From the NCBI GenBank assembly GCA_963717505.1, contig OY970342.1:96001-160000 (forward strand): 64,000 nt of DNA, written 5' to 3'. Under the pieces are notes generated by a model that did not search any database, was not told where the DNA came from, and saw only the letters and a program-made list of their open reading frames with translations. Both the position numbers and the translations under genes were made by a program. This stretch comes from Candidatus Eiseniibacteriota bacterium. Its GTDB lineage: Bacteria; Eisenbacteria; RBG-16-71-46. Below, one piece after another: positions 28,530 to 38,069 of the stretch (the stretch's first letter is position 1; each line of letters opens with the position of its first letter).

Positions 28530-28554
28530 GACCCCACATCAGGGTCGTGGTTCC
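28530..28554 (-). promoter_or_regulatory. Putative ECF sigma promoter upstream of the OmpA gene
   Basis: GGAAC-N17-GTC on the minus strand, the sigmaE-type spacing, about 65 nt before the ATG. Confidence 0.45.
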
Positions 28555-28699
28555 GTCGGTGACCGGGAGGGGGCCCAGAGTGTCGGCCAGAATAGCTCGC
28601 CCGGCAACTCCTGAGACGATCGAGAAGCCGGTTCGTCAGCCGTGTTAGGCTGGCCGTCCCCTGCGCCTGCTCCCGCGCTACTCGAGGACTCGTCGCGTC

Positions 28700-31456
28700 T
28701 TGAGCCGCCAAACCTTTCGCCACCCGAGCTTCCAGCGAAACATCGTGTTGCTCGCCGCCGCGCTCGTCGTTTCTGCCGGCGCCGTGGAGGCGCAGAATCG
28801 GTCACTGGCGACCCGCCGACCCGATGGCTCCCGCGAATGGCCGGTCGATCGCTGGCTGGACCGCTTCTCGCCCGCTGGCGATGCGGCCTGGCGCCGATCC
28901 CAGGCCGTGGGCTCGGCGTTCGTCGACTCGCTGCTGCGCATCGCGCGCGCCACCGGCGACCGTACGCTGGCCACGGCTGCCCACGCCTGGCGCGGACGCA
29001 AGTACGCGAACGACTACGAGCTGCCGAGGGGCGAAGCGGATCTCGACACCGCGTGGACGCTGGCAGCCGCGTTGCGCGACAGCGCAGGGCTCTGCCGAAC
29101 TCTGGCCGCCCGCGCGCATGGCGCCAACGTGCGTGGCCAGTACGACGTCGCCAGGACCCAGTTCGAACGGCTGCTTCCCATGGCCACCGCCGCCGGCCTG
29201 CCCGACGTCGTGGGTTTCACCCATCGCGCTCTCGGGTTCCTCGACAAGGAAGACGGTCGCTATGATGACGCTCGTCGCCACCTGCGCGCCGCCATCCGGT
29301 TGATCCCCCCGGACCGATTCGAGAACCGGCACTCGCGCTTCCTGCTCGCCGAAGTCGAGAACCGCACCGGGAACCACGACGCGGCGCGAGACACGTTCCT
29401 GGTGATCCTCGACGAAGCCCGGCGCCGAAAGGATCGCTGGCTCGAATCCGCGGTGCTCAACGACCTCGGCATCCTCGAGTACGAAGGCGGCGACATGGCG
29501 ACCGCCGACCGCTACTGGGAATACGCGGCCAGCGTCTTCGACAGCACCCGGAACGCTTCGAGCGCGCTCTCGTCGCGCACCAATCGGGCGCAGGCCTTGC
29601 GCGAGCTGGGTCGGGTCGATGAAGCGCGTGCGCTGCTCGACCGTTTGCTCCGCGACTCCGATGCGATCGACTTTGCGCCGGCCCGGGTTTCGGTCTACGG
29701 CGAGCTGGCCAGCCTCAATCGGGGCATTGGTCGCTACGGCGAGGCGGAGCGGCTGTATCGCGCGGTGCGCGCGTCGGCGGTCGACGATGCGATGGAAGAA
29801 GAGTCGGCCTCGATCGAGCTGGCCGGCCTGCTCACGGCTACCGGTCGCCCTGCCGAGGCCGAAGCGCTGATGGACTCGCTGCTGGTGCCCGAGCGTCGCG
29901 CGCGGATGACCCGCGCCAATCTGTGCGCCGCGTGGAGCGCTCGCTCGGCCGCCCGTCGCGCGCAGGGCCGGGCCCAGGACGCGATCGCCGAAGCGCGGGC
30001 CGCCGAGTGGAACGCCCGCGCCGACCGCGAGGTCAACATCTACTACTTCGAGACCGCCCTCGAGCTGGCGCGCTGCCACCGGGCGCTGGGCTCGCCCGAC
30101 AGCGCGGTCGCCGTGCTGCGTCGGGCGACGGGCACGTGGGAGAAGTGGCGGGCGTCGATCTCGGACCTCGAATGGCGCGAGCGACAAGGGTCCGGACTCG
30201 CCGGCTTGTTCGCTGAGTACGGACTGTCGCTGCTCGACTCGCGGCGTCGCGCCCCGGAGTCGCGCCGGGTCTCGGAGGCGTTCGACGCGCTCCAGACCTT
30301 CCAGGCGCGAACCCTCGAGGAACGCATGCAGGGCCGCGGTCTCGCCGGCGCCGGCATGCGCCGGCGCGTCACCGCGGATTCGCTGCGCCGCGGCGTGCTC
30401 GCCGACGGCGAGCTGCTGGTCGACCTGGTGGCGACTCCCGACACCACGTTCGCGTTCCTGGTTTCGCGCGCCGGCTTGAGCGTACGCATGCTCCCGGGAA
30501 CCGTGCGCCTCGAGCGCCTGCACGCCGCGTGGCGCGAGGCGACGCTGTCAGGCGCCGACGACCCAGTGGTCCGATCCGGACTGCGGCGGTTGTCGGACGA
30601 GATGCTGGGGCCACTGGCGCCGTCGGTGGGGTCGAGTCAACGTGTGATCGTCAGCGGCGGCGGGCCTTTGTCGCTGTGGCCGCTCGCCGCGCTCAACCTG
30701 CCGGGCGAGAGCGCACCCTGGGCCGACACGCGCGACATCTCGACTGTGCCGTCCGCGACGCTGCTCGCGGCGCTTCACGGACGCGCGGGTGCGTCCGCGA
30801 CCCCCGGGCTGTTGGCGCTCGGGCGCACCACCGACGCCCAGGGCCGCAACCTGCCGGGCGCCGAGCGCGAGCTCAAGACACTGGGAGCCGAATACACCCC
30901 CGTCGAAGTCCGCGCGAACCGCGGTGAGCGACCGGTGCCCGAGCTGGTCGCCGATCTGCCGAACTGGGATTTGTTGCACTTCGCCGCTCATGCCGAAGCG
31001 GTCGCCGGCAGCCCGTGGCGTTCCGGTTTCCTGCTCGGCCGTGGCGCCGGCGACGACGCCTACCTACGCGCTTCGACGGTGGCGGGAATGAGCCTGCGCG
31101 CCCGACTCGCCGTGCTCTCGGGATGCCAGTCGGCGGGCGCAACCACGCTGGCGGGCGAAGGCGCGTTGGGGCTAGCCAGCGCGTTCCTGTGCTCGGGAGC
31201 GTCGAGCGTGGTCGCCACCCTGTGGCCGATCGAGGATCGCGTGGCCGAGCGCTTCATGGACGAGTTCTACTCCGCCCTCTCCCGCGGCCGCACGGTGGCC
31301 GGCGCGGTCGGCGACGCGCAGCGACGACTGCGCGAGACGGGCGATACCGCGCAGGTGCGCGACTGGGCGGCATTTGTGGCCTCCGGATCGGGCGGAACCC
31401 GGGTGCAGCTCACTCCGCGCCTGACGCCGGGGGCCAAGGATCGTCCAACCCGATGA
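28700..31456 (+). CDS. Secreted TPR-repeat plus CHAT (caspase-like) protease
   Basis: Hydrophobic signal ending AVEA|Q; TPR helices; LPGAERE, LHFAAH (His about 30989), VLSGCQS (Cys about 31124), GEGALGLASAF, VVATLWPIED, WAAF. Confidence 0.92.
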   Translation: MSRQTFRHPSFQRNIVLLAAALVVSAGAVEAQNRSLATRRPDGSREWPVDRWLDRFSPAGDAAWRRSQAVGSAFVDSLLRIARATGDRTLATAAHAWRGRKYANDYELPRGEADLDTAWTLAAALRDSAGLCRTLAARAHGANVRGQYDVARTQFERLLPMATAAGLPDVVGFTHRALGFLDKEDGRYDDARRHLRAAIRLIPPDRFENRHSRFLLAEVENRTGNHDAARDTFLVILDEARRRKDRWLESAVLNDLGILEYEGGDMATADRYWEYAASVFDSTRNASSALSSRTNRAQALRELGRVDEARALLDRLLRDSDAIDFAPARVSVYGELASLNRGIGRYGEAERLYRAVRASAVDDAMEEESASIELAGLLTATGRPAEAEALMDSLLVPERRARMTRANLCAAWSARSAARRAQGRAQDAIAEARAAEWNARADREVNIYYFETALELARCHRALGSPDSAVAVLRRATGTWEKWRASISDLEWRERQGSGLAGLFAEYGLSLLDSRRRAPESRRVSEAFDALQTFQARTLEERMQGRGLAGAGMRRRVTADSLRRGVLADGELLVDLVATPDTTFAFLVSRAGLSVRMLPGTVRLERLHAAWREATLSGADDPVVRSGLRRLSDEMLGPLAPSVGSSQRVIVSGGGPLSLWPLAALNLPGESAPWADTRDISTVPSATLLAALHGRAGASATPGLLALGRTTDAQGRNLPGAERELKTLGAEYTPVEVRANRGERPVPELVADLPNWDLLHFAAHAEAVAGSPWRSGFLLGRGAGDDAYLRASTVAGMSLRARLAVLSGCQSAGATTLAGEGALGLASAFLCSGASSVVATLWPIEDRVAERFMDEFYSALSRGRTVAGAVGDAQRRLRETGDTAQVRDWAAFVASGSGGTRVQLTPRLTPGAKDRPTR

Positions 31457-32040
31457 CCACGCATGCGCGGGAGGAGATTCCCGATGACGAACTGCTGCGC
31501 CAATACCGCCAGGCTCCGGACGACCCTGCCGGACGCCGCGCCGCGGGTGAGCTGCTCGGTCGGTATCGAGGACGGGTCTACACCTGGTGCTATCGTGTGG
31601 TCGGGAATCAAGAGTGGGCGCTCGATCTGGCGCAGGATGCACTGCTCAAGGCGTGGCGCGCACTGCCCGGCTTCGGCGGCCGCAGCCGATTCTCCTCGTG
31701 GCTGTTCGCGATCGCGCGCAACGAATGCCTCACCGCCATCCGGCCCAAGAGCTTGACCCGTGACCCGAGCGTGGATCCGGTCGAAGTGCTGATCGAGCAC
31801 GAAGACCCACCGGCGGTGCTTGCGACTCGTGAGGAAGAGGAAGCGATGGAGAGCTTGTTCCGCGAGTGTCTGAATCCGGTCGAGCAGGAGGCGATCTGGC
31901 TGCGCTGTTTCGAGCGCCTGCCGGTCGCCGACGTCACGCGTTTGCTCGGACTCACGCACGCCTCGGGAGCGCGGAGCGTGTTGCAGAGCGCGCGGGAAAA
32001 GCTGCGCGCCGCGTGGGCGCGAAGGAGGGCCGAGTCGTGA
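31453..32040 (+). CDS. ECF-type RNA polymerase sigma factor
   Basis: Region 2 DLAQDALLKAW...FSSWLFAIARN; region 4 LNPVEQEAIWLR...; ATGA overlap with the CHAT gene. Confidence 0.92.
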   Translation: MTTHAREEIPDDELLRQYRQAPDDPAGRRAAGELLGRYRGRVYTWCYRVVGNQEWALDLAQDALLKAWRALPGFGGRSRFSSWLFAIARNECLTAIRPKSLTRDPSVDPVEVLIEHEDPPAVLATREEEEAMESLFRECLNPVEQEAIWLRCFERLPVADVTRLLGLTHASGARSVLQSAREKLRAAWARRRAES

Positions 32041-32756
32041 CCGACCGGCGGTTCGAACCCGACGATCTCGCCGAGCTGGCCGGACTCGCACCCGGCGATC
32101 CGCGTCGTCAGGCGCTCGAGTCCGATGCGCGTCTGCGCGCCCGCGTGCGAGCGCTCGAAGACTTCGAGAATCCCGGTGCCATCCCCGAGGGCGCGCGCGT
32201 CGCCGACGCCGAAGCTCGTCTGGCGGAAACCCTCGAACGGGAGCTGGGTGTGCCAGTGGCAAGGGCCGAGAGACCGGCATCGGAGCGCGTTCCAGTGTCG
32301 GAAATGGAATGGCGTCGTCGTGCGCCGGCCGGGCGGCGTCGGGGATTTCTGGGACCGCTGTGGGTTCCCTCCCTCGCCGCCGCCGCCGTGCTGCTGGTGG
32401 TCGCCGGCGCGTGGTTCATGGTTTCGACGAGGCAGCCCCAGTCGCCGATCATGCGCGGAACGACCCCTGGTCCGACGGGAGCACTCGTCGGCTCGACGAC
32501 GCCGATTGCGCGCGGCGTGCGCCTGGAGTGGACTGCGCACCCCGAAGCACAGACCTACGTGATCACGATCCTGGCACCCGATCTCACCGAAATCCTTGCG
32601 CTGGGTCCGGTGACCGAAACCCACGTCGACCTCGCGTTCGGCGCTCTGAACGAAACCCAGGCGCCCGAGGGACAAGTGCTGTGGCGCGTTCGGGCGATTC
32701 GCGGCGATGACGAAGTCGGGCGCTCGGAGACGATGACCCTCGAGCTTCCGCGCTGA
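32037..32756 (+). CDS. Putative single-TM anti-sigma factor with periplasmic FN3/Ig-like domain
   Basis: GTGA overlap with the sigma gene; cytoplasmic helical N-terminus, TM LWVPSLAAAAVLLVVAGAWF, IMRG linker, beta domain LEW...YVITI...WRVRA. Confidence 0.72.
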   Translation: MTDRRFEPDDLAELAGLAPGDPRRQALESDARLRARVRALEDFENPGAIPEGARVADAEARLAETLERELGVPVARAERPASERVPVSEMEWRRRAPAGRRRGFLGPLWVPSLAAAAVLLVVAGAWFMVSTRQPQSPIMRGTTPGPTGALVGSTTPIARGVRLEWTAHPEAQTYVITILAPDLTEILALGPVTETHVDLAFGALNETQAPEGQVLWRVRAIRGDDEVGRSETMTLELPR

Positions 32757-32793
32757 GAAGAGTGTTGAGCAGCCCGGCGGTGCCGCTCCTGGG

Positions 32794-33639
32794 CTAGAGC
32801 CGGGCCGAGTTGAAGGTGTCGCCCTGCGACAGGTCGCCGGTTTCGAAGCCGCGCCGGAACCAGCGAATCCGCTGCTCCGACGTTCCATGGGTGAAGGCGT
32901 CGGGAACCACCGTCCCCTGCGTGCGCCTCTGCAGGTTGTCGTCCCCGATCGCGCTCGCCGCGTTGAGGGCCTCCTCGACGTCGCCCGATTCGAGGATCGG
33001 CCGCATCTTCTCGGTGTGGTGCGCCCACATCCCGGCGAGGAAGTCAGCCTGAAGCTCGAGGCGCACTGAGAGCTGGTTGTACTCGACCTCGCTCAACCGG
33101 CCGCGCATCTCGGCCATCTGTTGCGTGATGCCGAGCAGGTTCTGCACGTGATGGCCGACTTCGTGCGCGATCACGTACGCCTGCGCGAAGTCTCCCGGTG
33201 CGCCGAGCTGGTCGCGCATGACGCCGAAGAAAGACAGGTCGATGTAGACCTTGGAGTCCGACGGGCAATAGAAGGGCCCGACCGCCGCGCCGGCCATGCC
33301 GCACGCCGATTCCACGCGATCGGAGAACAGCACCAGGCTGGGCTCGACGTACTGGCGGCCCTGTCGCGCGAACTCGGCGTTCCAGACATCCTCGGTTTCG
33401 GCCAGAATGGTCGACGTGAACGCCGCCAGCTCGTCCTGAGCCGGGTCGGGCGCGGTCTGGGACGGCGCCGACGTGTCGAGTTGCTGCATTTGCTGGAGGA
33501 GCGCGCGCGGGTCGGCGCCGAACAGCAGTGCCACCAGCAGGATGATCAGGCCGGCGCCGCCGCCGAGAATCACGCCGCCGGCCGGGCGCCCCCGGCGGTC
33601 TTCGACGTTTTCGCTCTGACGTCTGCCTTGCCAGCGCAT
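32794..33639 (-). CDS. ypfJ: Neutral zinc metallopeptidase, YpfJ family
   Basis: MRW.GRR.S.NVEDRR, GPFYCP, AHEVGHHVQ, ELQAD, FTHGTSEQR. Confidence 0.92.
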   Translation of the reverse strand: MRWQGRRQSENVEDRRGRPAGGVILGGGAGLIILLVALLFGADPRALLQQMQQLDTSAPSQTAPDPAQDELAAFTSTILAETEDVWNAEFARQGRQYVEPSLVLFSDRVESACGMAGAAVGPFYCPSDSKVYIDLSFFGVMRDQLGAPGDFAQAYVIAHEVGHHVQNLLGITQQMAEMRGRLSEVEYNQLSVRLELQADFLAGMWAHHTEKMRPILESGDVEEALNAASAIGDDNLQRRTQGTVVPDAFTHGTSEQRIRWFRRGFETGDLSQGDTFNSARL

Positions 33640-33708
33640 GGACGCTCCATTGAGAACCGGGATTGTCGGAGTCCACGGGGAAAACACCCGACCGCGACTC
33701 GATCGCGC

Positions 33709-34617
33709 CTATTGGCTCATGGCCACCGAGAAGCGCGCCGTCGTGTGCTCGGTCTGCTCGCCATAGAGGTTCTGGTAGAACGGCACCTGCACCAGGCCCT
33801 CGAGCGTCAGGCCGAGGGCGGTTCGCCACCTCAACCCCGGAGCCGCGTAGAGCACGGTCCCGCCGGTGTGCTCCCCGATCGAGCCGTCCTCGAAGTCGTC
33901 CTGCTCCGACGATCGTCCGTTGACCTGCGCGAGAAGCCGCAGGTTCTTCCACGGATTGGACAGGAAGCCGGCGTTGTAGAGCAACGCGTTGCCGTAGTGG
34001 TAGCCGTGGGAGTTCGTTCCGCTCACTCGCCCGATGAAGCTCGCATCCCACACTCCGGAATTCCCACCCAAGGCAAGGTTGAGCCCCGCAGTACCCGACC
34101 ACGCTCCGGTGCCCGGCTGCAGGTGCGCTTCGAGTCGCTCGCCGGCAGCGTTCTCGACGTTGTTTGATCCGGTCGGCGCGGTGACGCTGGCGACCACACC
34201 CAACGTCGCCGCCAGTGCACCAGAACCAGTCCAGAGGCCCGCGAGTGCGTGCAACTCCGCGTCCCCGAGTCCCTGAGAGTCTTCGACGAGGGTCCCCTCG
34301 CCTTCGGGTCGCTCGGTGATCTCCTTGAAGTTGTAAGGCAGTCGGCCGAGGAACGCGACTCGGTTCCACGGACGCCAGATGGCAAGACCCGCCACGCGAT
34401 GCTCGGTCTCGGTTTCGTCACCGGGCTCGTCATCGAGCGCGTTCTCCTTCGACAAGTAGCGCTCCTCGAGTCCGTAGCTGAACTGCATCGGCACGACGCC
34501 ACCCAGCACATCGGCGGGGAACGGCGCTCCGCACATGCACTGGCTGCATGCATTCGCGCCGGGCGCGAAGAACATCGTCAGCGCGAGAACCACGGCTGCC
34601 ATCAGAGTCTTAAGCAT
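33709..34617 (-). CDS. Outer-membrane transporter-like beta-barrel with N-terminal CxxCxC motif
   Basis: Signal ANA|CSQCMCG, GLGD, PTG, LQPGTGAW, HTGG; beta-strand pattern. Confidence 0.72.
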   Translation of the reverse strand: MLKTLMAAVVLALTMFFAPGANACSQCMCGAPFPADVLGGVVPMQFSYGLEERYLSKENALDDEPGDETETEHRVAGLAIWRPWNRVAFLGRLPYNFKEITERPEGEGTLVEDSQGLGDAELHALAGLWTGSGALAATLGVVASVTAPTGSNNVENAAGERLEAHLQPGTGAWSGTAGLNLALGGNSGVWDASFIGRVSGTNSHGYHYGNALLYNAGFLSNPWKNLRLLAQVNGRSSEQDDFEDGSIGEHTGGTVLYAAPGLRWRTALGLTLEGLVQVPFYQNLYGEQTEHTTARFSVAMSQ

Positions 34618-34678
34618 GATGCCCTCCGGGGGAGCGGCCGCCTGACATGGATCCACGGGACGGGGAGGGCGGGAGTTT

Positions 34679-34693
34679 ACGCAACAATTGCAT
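34679..34693. promoter_or_regulatory. Fur-family-like 7-1-7 inverted repeat in the transporter promoter
   Basis: ACGCAAC-A-ATTGCAT (2 mismatches) next to a minus-strand -10 TAAACT. Confidence 0.35.
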
Positions 34694-34761
34694 TCGCGGC
34701 ATCACGTATTTTTCGCGTCTCCGAGTAGCGCGCCAGCCCGGCCCCGCGGTAGCATTGGGCC

Positions 34762-35130
34762 ATGCGAAAGTCCCTCATCACCTCGACCCTTCTGCTGTTC
34801 CTGTGCCTGCCCGCCGCCGCGCACGCCGGGCGTGTCTTTGGCGATATCAGGCTCGCCGGGAAGCCGTTGCCCGCGGGAGTGCCCGTGACCATCACCCGAG
34901 TGCTGACCGTCGACGGCAAACCGAAACCCGCGCCGGCTGCGTCCGACACCACCAAGACCGACCAGTACGGCTCGTACAAGCTCATGGTGAAGGAAACCGG
35001 CAAGTGCATTCTCTCGGTCGCCTACGAGAAGCAGACCGCGTCGTTCGAGGTCTTCTCGAACAAAGAGGCGACGCGCTACGACCTGATTCTAGAGAAGAAG
35101 GACGGGAAACTGAAGCTGCGCAGGAAGTAG
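34762..35130 (+). CDS. Small secreted beta-sandwich protein (carboxypeptidase-regulatory-like fold)
   Basis: Signal AHA|GRVFG, TKTDQYGSYKL motif, basic C-terminus. Confidence 0.7.
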   Translation: MRKSLITSTLLLFLCLPAAAHAGRVFGDIRLAGKPLPAGVPVTITRVLTVDGKPKPAPAASDTTKTDQYGSYKLMVKETGKCILSVAYEKQTASFEVFSNKEATRYDLILEKKDGKLKLRRK

Positions 35131-35131
35131 C

Positions 35132-36025
35132 ATGGCCGCTCCTGGACAGCGGGATTTCTGGGACAAACTCGCGATCATCCTTCAGCCGCTCGGTGGCTTG
35201 CTGACCGCGCTCGCCATCGCTCTGTTCGGCTACTTCTCCTCGGACTTCCTGAATCGCCGCCAGGCGATCGAGACCAATACCCGGCTCTATTCCGAGTTGA
35301 TGAGCCGGCGCGAGGAGTCCGAGAGCTCACTGCGCAAGGACATGTTCGTCTCGATCATCACGTCGTTCCTGCGCCCGACCGGCGGCGACATCGCGTCCGA
35401 CGTCTTGAACCTCGAACTCCTGGTCTACAATTTTCACGAGTCGCTGAACTTGAAGCCACTGTTCTTGGACCTCAAGCGGCGGATCACAAAGGAGCGGGCA
35501 GCGGCGGGCAGCGTGGCCGCCCGACAGGAGTACGACAGCTACGGCGACCGTCTCGAGCGCGTCGCCCGAGAGACCGCGCGCAAACAGATGATCGTGCTCG
35601 AAGGCGTCGGCAAGAAAGTCGATCGAACCATCGACCTGACGATCGACCCCGAAGGCACAACGCTGGAGCCGGCGTCCCTCGTGCTCGACGGGATCGAGAC
35701 CAACCTCTCGGTCGACATCTTGCGTGTCGATTGGCAGAACCGGGAGTTCGAGGTCAGCCTCACGGTCGAGACGCCGGATCCCGAATTGGGCCGCCAGACC
35801 AAGACCGCGCGGTTCTCGGTCAGCTATTTCGACTTCCCGATGATCGACAACACGCGTCTCGATCGCGGCCAGCGTTGCGCGGTGGTCCTCAACAGCTTCT
35901 CCGAGCAATCGGCGGACCTGACCCTGGTGATGTTCCCGGGCGCCTACGCCAGCCTCAAGGAGAAGCCGTACTACAACGAAGTTCTCGAGAGCGTCCTGAG
36001 CGCGAGCAAGAAGCTCGAACGGTAG
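35132..36025 (+). CDS. Membrane-anchored hypothetical protein
   Basis: N-terminal TM, good codon usage, starts 1 nt after the upstream stop; no family recognised. Confidence 0.75.
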   Translation: MAAPGQRDFWDKLAIILQPLGGLLTALAIALFGYFSSDFLNRRQAIETNTRLYSELMSRREESESSLRKDMFVSIITSFLRPTGGDIASDVLNLELLVYNFHESLNLKPLFLDLKRRITKERAAAGSVAARQEYDSYGDRLERVARETARKQMIVLEGVGKKVDRTIDLTIDPEGTTLEPASLVLDGIETNLSVDILRVDWQNREFEVSLTVETPDPELGRQTKTARFSVSYFDFPMIDNTRLDRGQRCAVVLNSFSEQSADLTLVMFPGAYASLKEKPYYNEVLESVLSASKKLER

Positions 36026-36083
36026 AGTTACGAACGCCAGAGGCCAAGTGGACTGGCCCCTGGCGCGCTCTTCCCACCCTCGC

Positions 36084-37181
36084 CTATTTGCTTGCCGTCA
36101 ACTGGACCACGCGAGGGTCCGAGGCGATCGAGGCCAAAGCCGGCTCGCTCGCGAGATCGCGGTTCGAGTAACCAGCCGCGAACGCCTTCTCGAGTGTCGT
36201 GATCGCGTCCTCCTTCTTCCCGGCCTTCGCGTATTCGACCGCCGCGGTATACAACGTGTGGCCCGCCCTCGGACTCTTCGAGTCGGCAGCCCCTCGCACC
36301 AGGGCCTCCGCCGCAGGCGCGTGCTTCTCCTGGGCGCGCAGGGAATAGCCGAGGCTCGCCCAGGCGTCGGCGTCCTTGGGATCCTGATCCACCAGCGCGC
36401 GGTAGATCTTCTCGGCCTCGACGTAGTTCTTGCTCTCGTAGTGCATCTCGCCGATCTGCGCCCGCCGACCGCGATCGTCGGTGCTCGGGTTCAGGTAGGA
36501 GTACTCCATCGCCAGCGACGCTTCCGGCACCCAGGCGTACTCCATGTACATCGCCACGCCGTCGGCGACGCTGCGGCCGAGCAGGCGCGCCACCACGTGC
36601 AGCGACCCATCGATGCCGGCCGAGATGCCCGCGGTCGTGACCACGTGGCCGTTGTCGACGAAGCGCCGGCCGCGCTTCACCGACGCCTTCGGATAACTCC
36701 GCTGCAGGCCGTCGATCGCCCCGTGGAACGTGGTGACTTCGAGCCCGTCGAGCATGCCCGCCTTGCCCAGCACGAACGCGCCCGTGCATACCGACTGCGC
36801 GATCTCGGCCTCGAGAGCCACCTTCTTCGCCCACGCGAAGAACTCCGGATCGTCGGTGATCCGGTTGGACGGACCTCCGGGAAAGAGCACGATGTCCGGT
36901 TTCGGGGCGTCCTGAATCGAGTACGAGGGCACGACCCAAAGCCCCTGGGCGTTCACCGGCTCCTTGGTCTTCGACACGATGTAGACGTTGAACGCATTCT
37001 CGCCGTGGGCGGCGCCGAAGTGCGCTGCGTCGTTGTAGACCTCGAACGGCCCGCTCCAGTCGAGCGGCTCCGCGTGGTCGTAGACGACGATCGCGACGTT
37101 ACGCGTGTAGGGCTTCGCCTCGGCGCACGCCGTGGCGAGTGTGAGTGCTCCGGCCAGTGCGCCGGTAACGATGAGTCTCAT
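36084..37181 (-). CDS. Exported DJ-1/PfpI-family protein with C-terminal TPR repeats
   Basis: Signal peptide, EPLDWSGPFEV, PGG, SVCTGAF, TTAGISAGID; TPR tail; RBS AGGAGG. Confidence 0.9.
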   Translation of the reverse strand: MRLIVTGALAGALTLATACAEAKPYTRNVAIVVYDHAEPLDWSGPFEVYNDAAHFGAAHGENAFNVYIVSKTKEPVNAQGLWVVPSYSIQDAPKPDIVLFPGGPSNRITDDPEFFAWAKKVALEAEIAQSVCTGAFVLGKAGMLDGLEVTTFHGAIDGLQRSYPKASVKRGRRFVDNGHVVTTAGISAGIDGSLHVVARLLGRSVADGVAMYMEYAWVPEASLAMEYSYLNPSTDDRGRRAQIGEMHYESKNYVEAEKIYRALVDQDPKDADAWASLGYSLRAQEKHAPAAEALVRGAADSKSPRAGHTLYTAAVEYAKAGKKEDAITTLEKAFAAGYSNRDLASEPALASIASDPRVVQLTASK

Positions 37182-37259
37182 GACCTCCTCCTTGGATGGG
37201 GTCCTCGCGGCCTGCCTTCGGCCACCCTGGGCCCCCCGGACGGTCGCGGGAACCAGGAA

Positions 37260-37291
37260 GCGGCGAACGGCTCCGGAGCTGCAGCGAACCG
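37260..37291 (-). promoter_or_regulatory. LytTR-type operator: two direct repeats with 21-bp period
   Basis: Minus strand CGGTTCGCTGC and CCGTTCGCCGC start 21 nt apart, upstream of the DJ-1 gene. Confidence 0.7.
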
Positions 37292-37292
37292 G

Positions 37293-38069
37293 TCAGGACC
37301 CGGGGCGAACCGCCGTCGCGAGCTGGGTCTCGAACGCGGCACGGCGGGTGCGCGACAGACGCACCCGGCTGCCGTCCGCCAGCACCAGCTCGCGATCGCC
37401 GCGGAACAGCGGGTGGATCTCGCGCACGCGATCGAGTCGGATGATCGTCGAGCGGTGCACCCGGAAGAACTGCACCGGGTCGAGGCGCTGCTCGAGCTCG
37501 TTCATGGTTTCGCGCAGCAGGTGCGATTCCCCGCCGACGTGGATCACCGCGTAGTAGTCCGCCGCCTCGATCCAGTCGATGGTGTCCACGTCGATCACGC
37601 GGGTGCGGTCGCGCTCGCGCACCAGAATCCGTCGCGTCCGCCGCGAGTGCTCGCGCAGGAGCGCGGCCAGATTCGGATCGGCCGGTTCGCCGCCGCGGCG
37701 CAGGCGCACCAGCTCCTTGCCACGAGCGAGCGCCCGAGCGAATCGCTCGTCGGCGATCGGCTTCAGCACGTAGTCGACGGCGTGGACTTCGAAGGCTCGC
37801 AGCGCGTGCTCGGAGTATGCGGTGACGAAGATGACGACCGGGGCCCGGTCGATTCCCAGTTCCTCGAGCAGGTCGAAGCCGTCGACCTCGGGCATCTGGA
37901 CGTCGAGGAACATGAGGTCGGGGCGGGTGCGCTCGACCACGGCGGCGCCGTCCACTCCGCTGCACTCGCCGACCACCTCGACCTCGGGATCGCCCTCGAG
38001 CAGCAGGCGGATGGCCTGCCGGGCGAGCGGCTCGTCGTCGACGATCATCACGCGCAGCCGTTCGCTCAT
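37293..38069 (-). CDS. LytTR-family response regulator
   Basis: IVDDEPLAR, FLDVQMP, FVTAY, YVLKP; C-terminal FFRVHRS...LSR. Confidence 0.95.
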   Translation of the reverse strand: MSERLRVMIVDDEPLARQAIRLLLEGDPEVEVVGECSGVDGAAVVERTRPDLMFLDVQMPEVDGFDLLEELGIDRAPVVIFVTAYSEHALRAFEVHAVDYVLKPIADERFARALARGKELVRLRRGGEPADPNLAALLREHSRRTRRILVRERDRTRVIDVDTIDWIEAADYYAVIHVGGESHLLRETMNELEQRLDPVQFFRVHRSTIIRLDRVREIHPLFRGDRELVLADGSRVRLSRTRRAAFETQLATAVRPGS

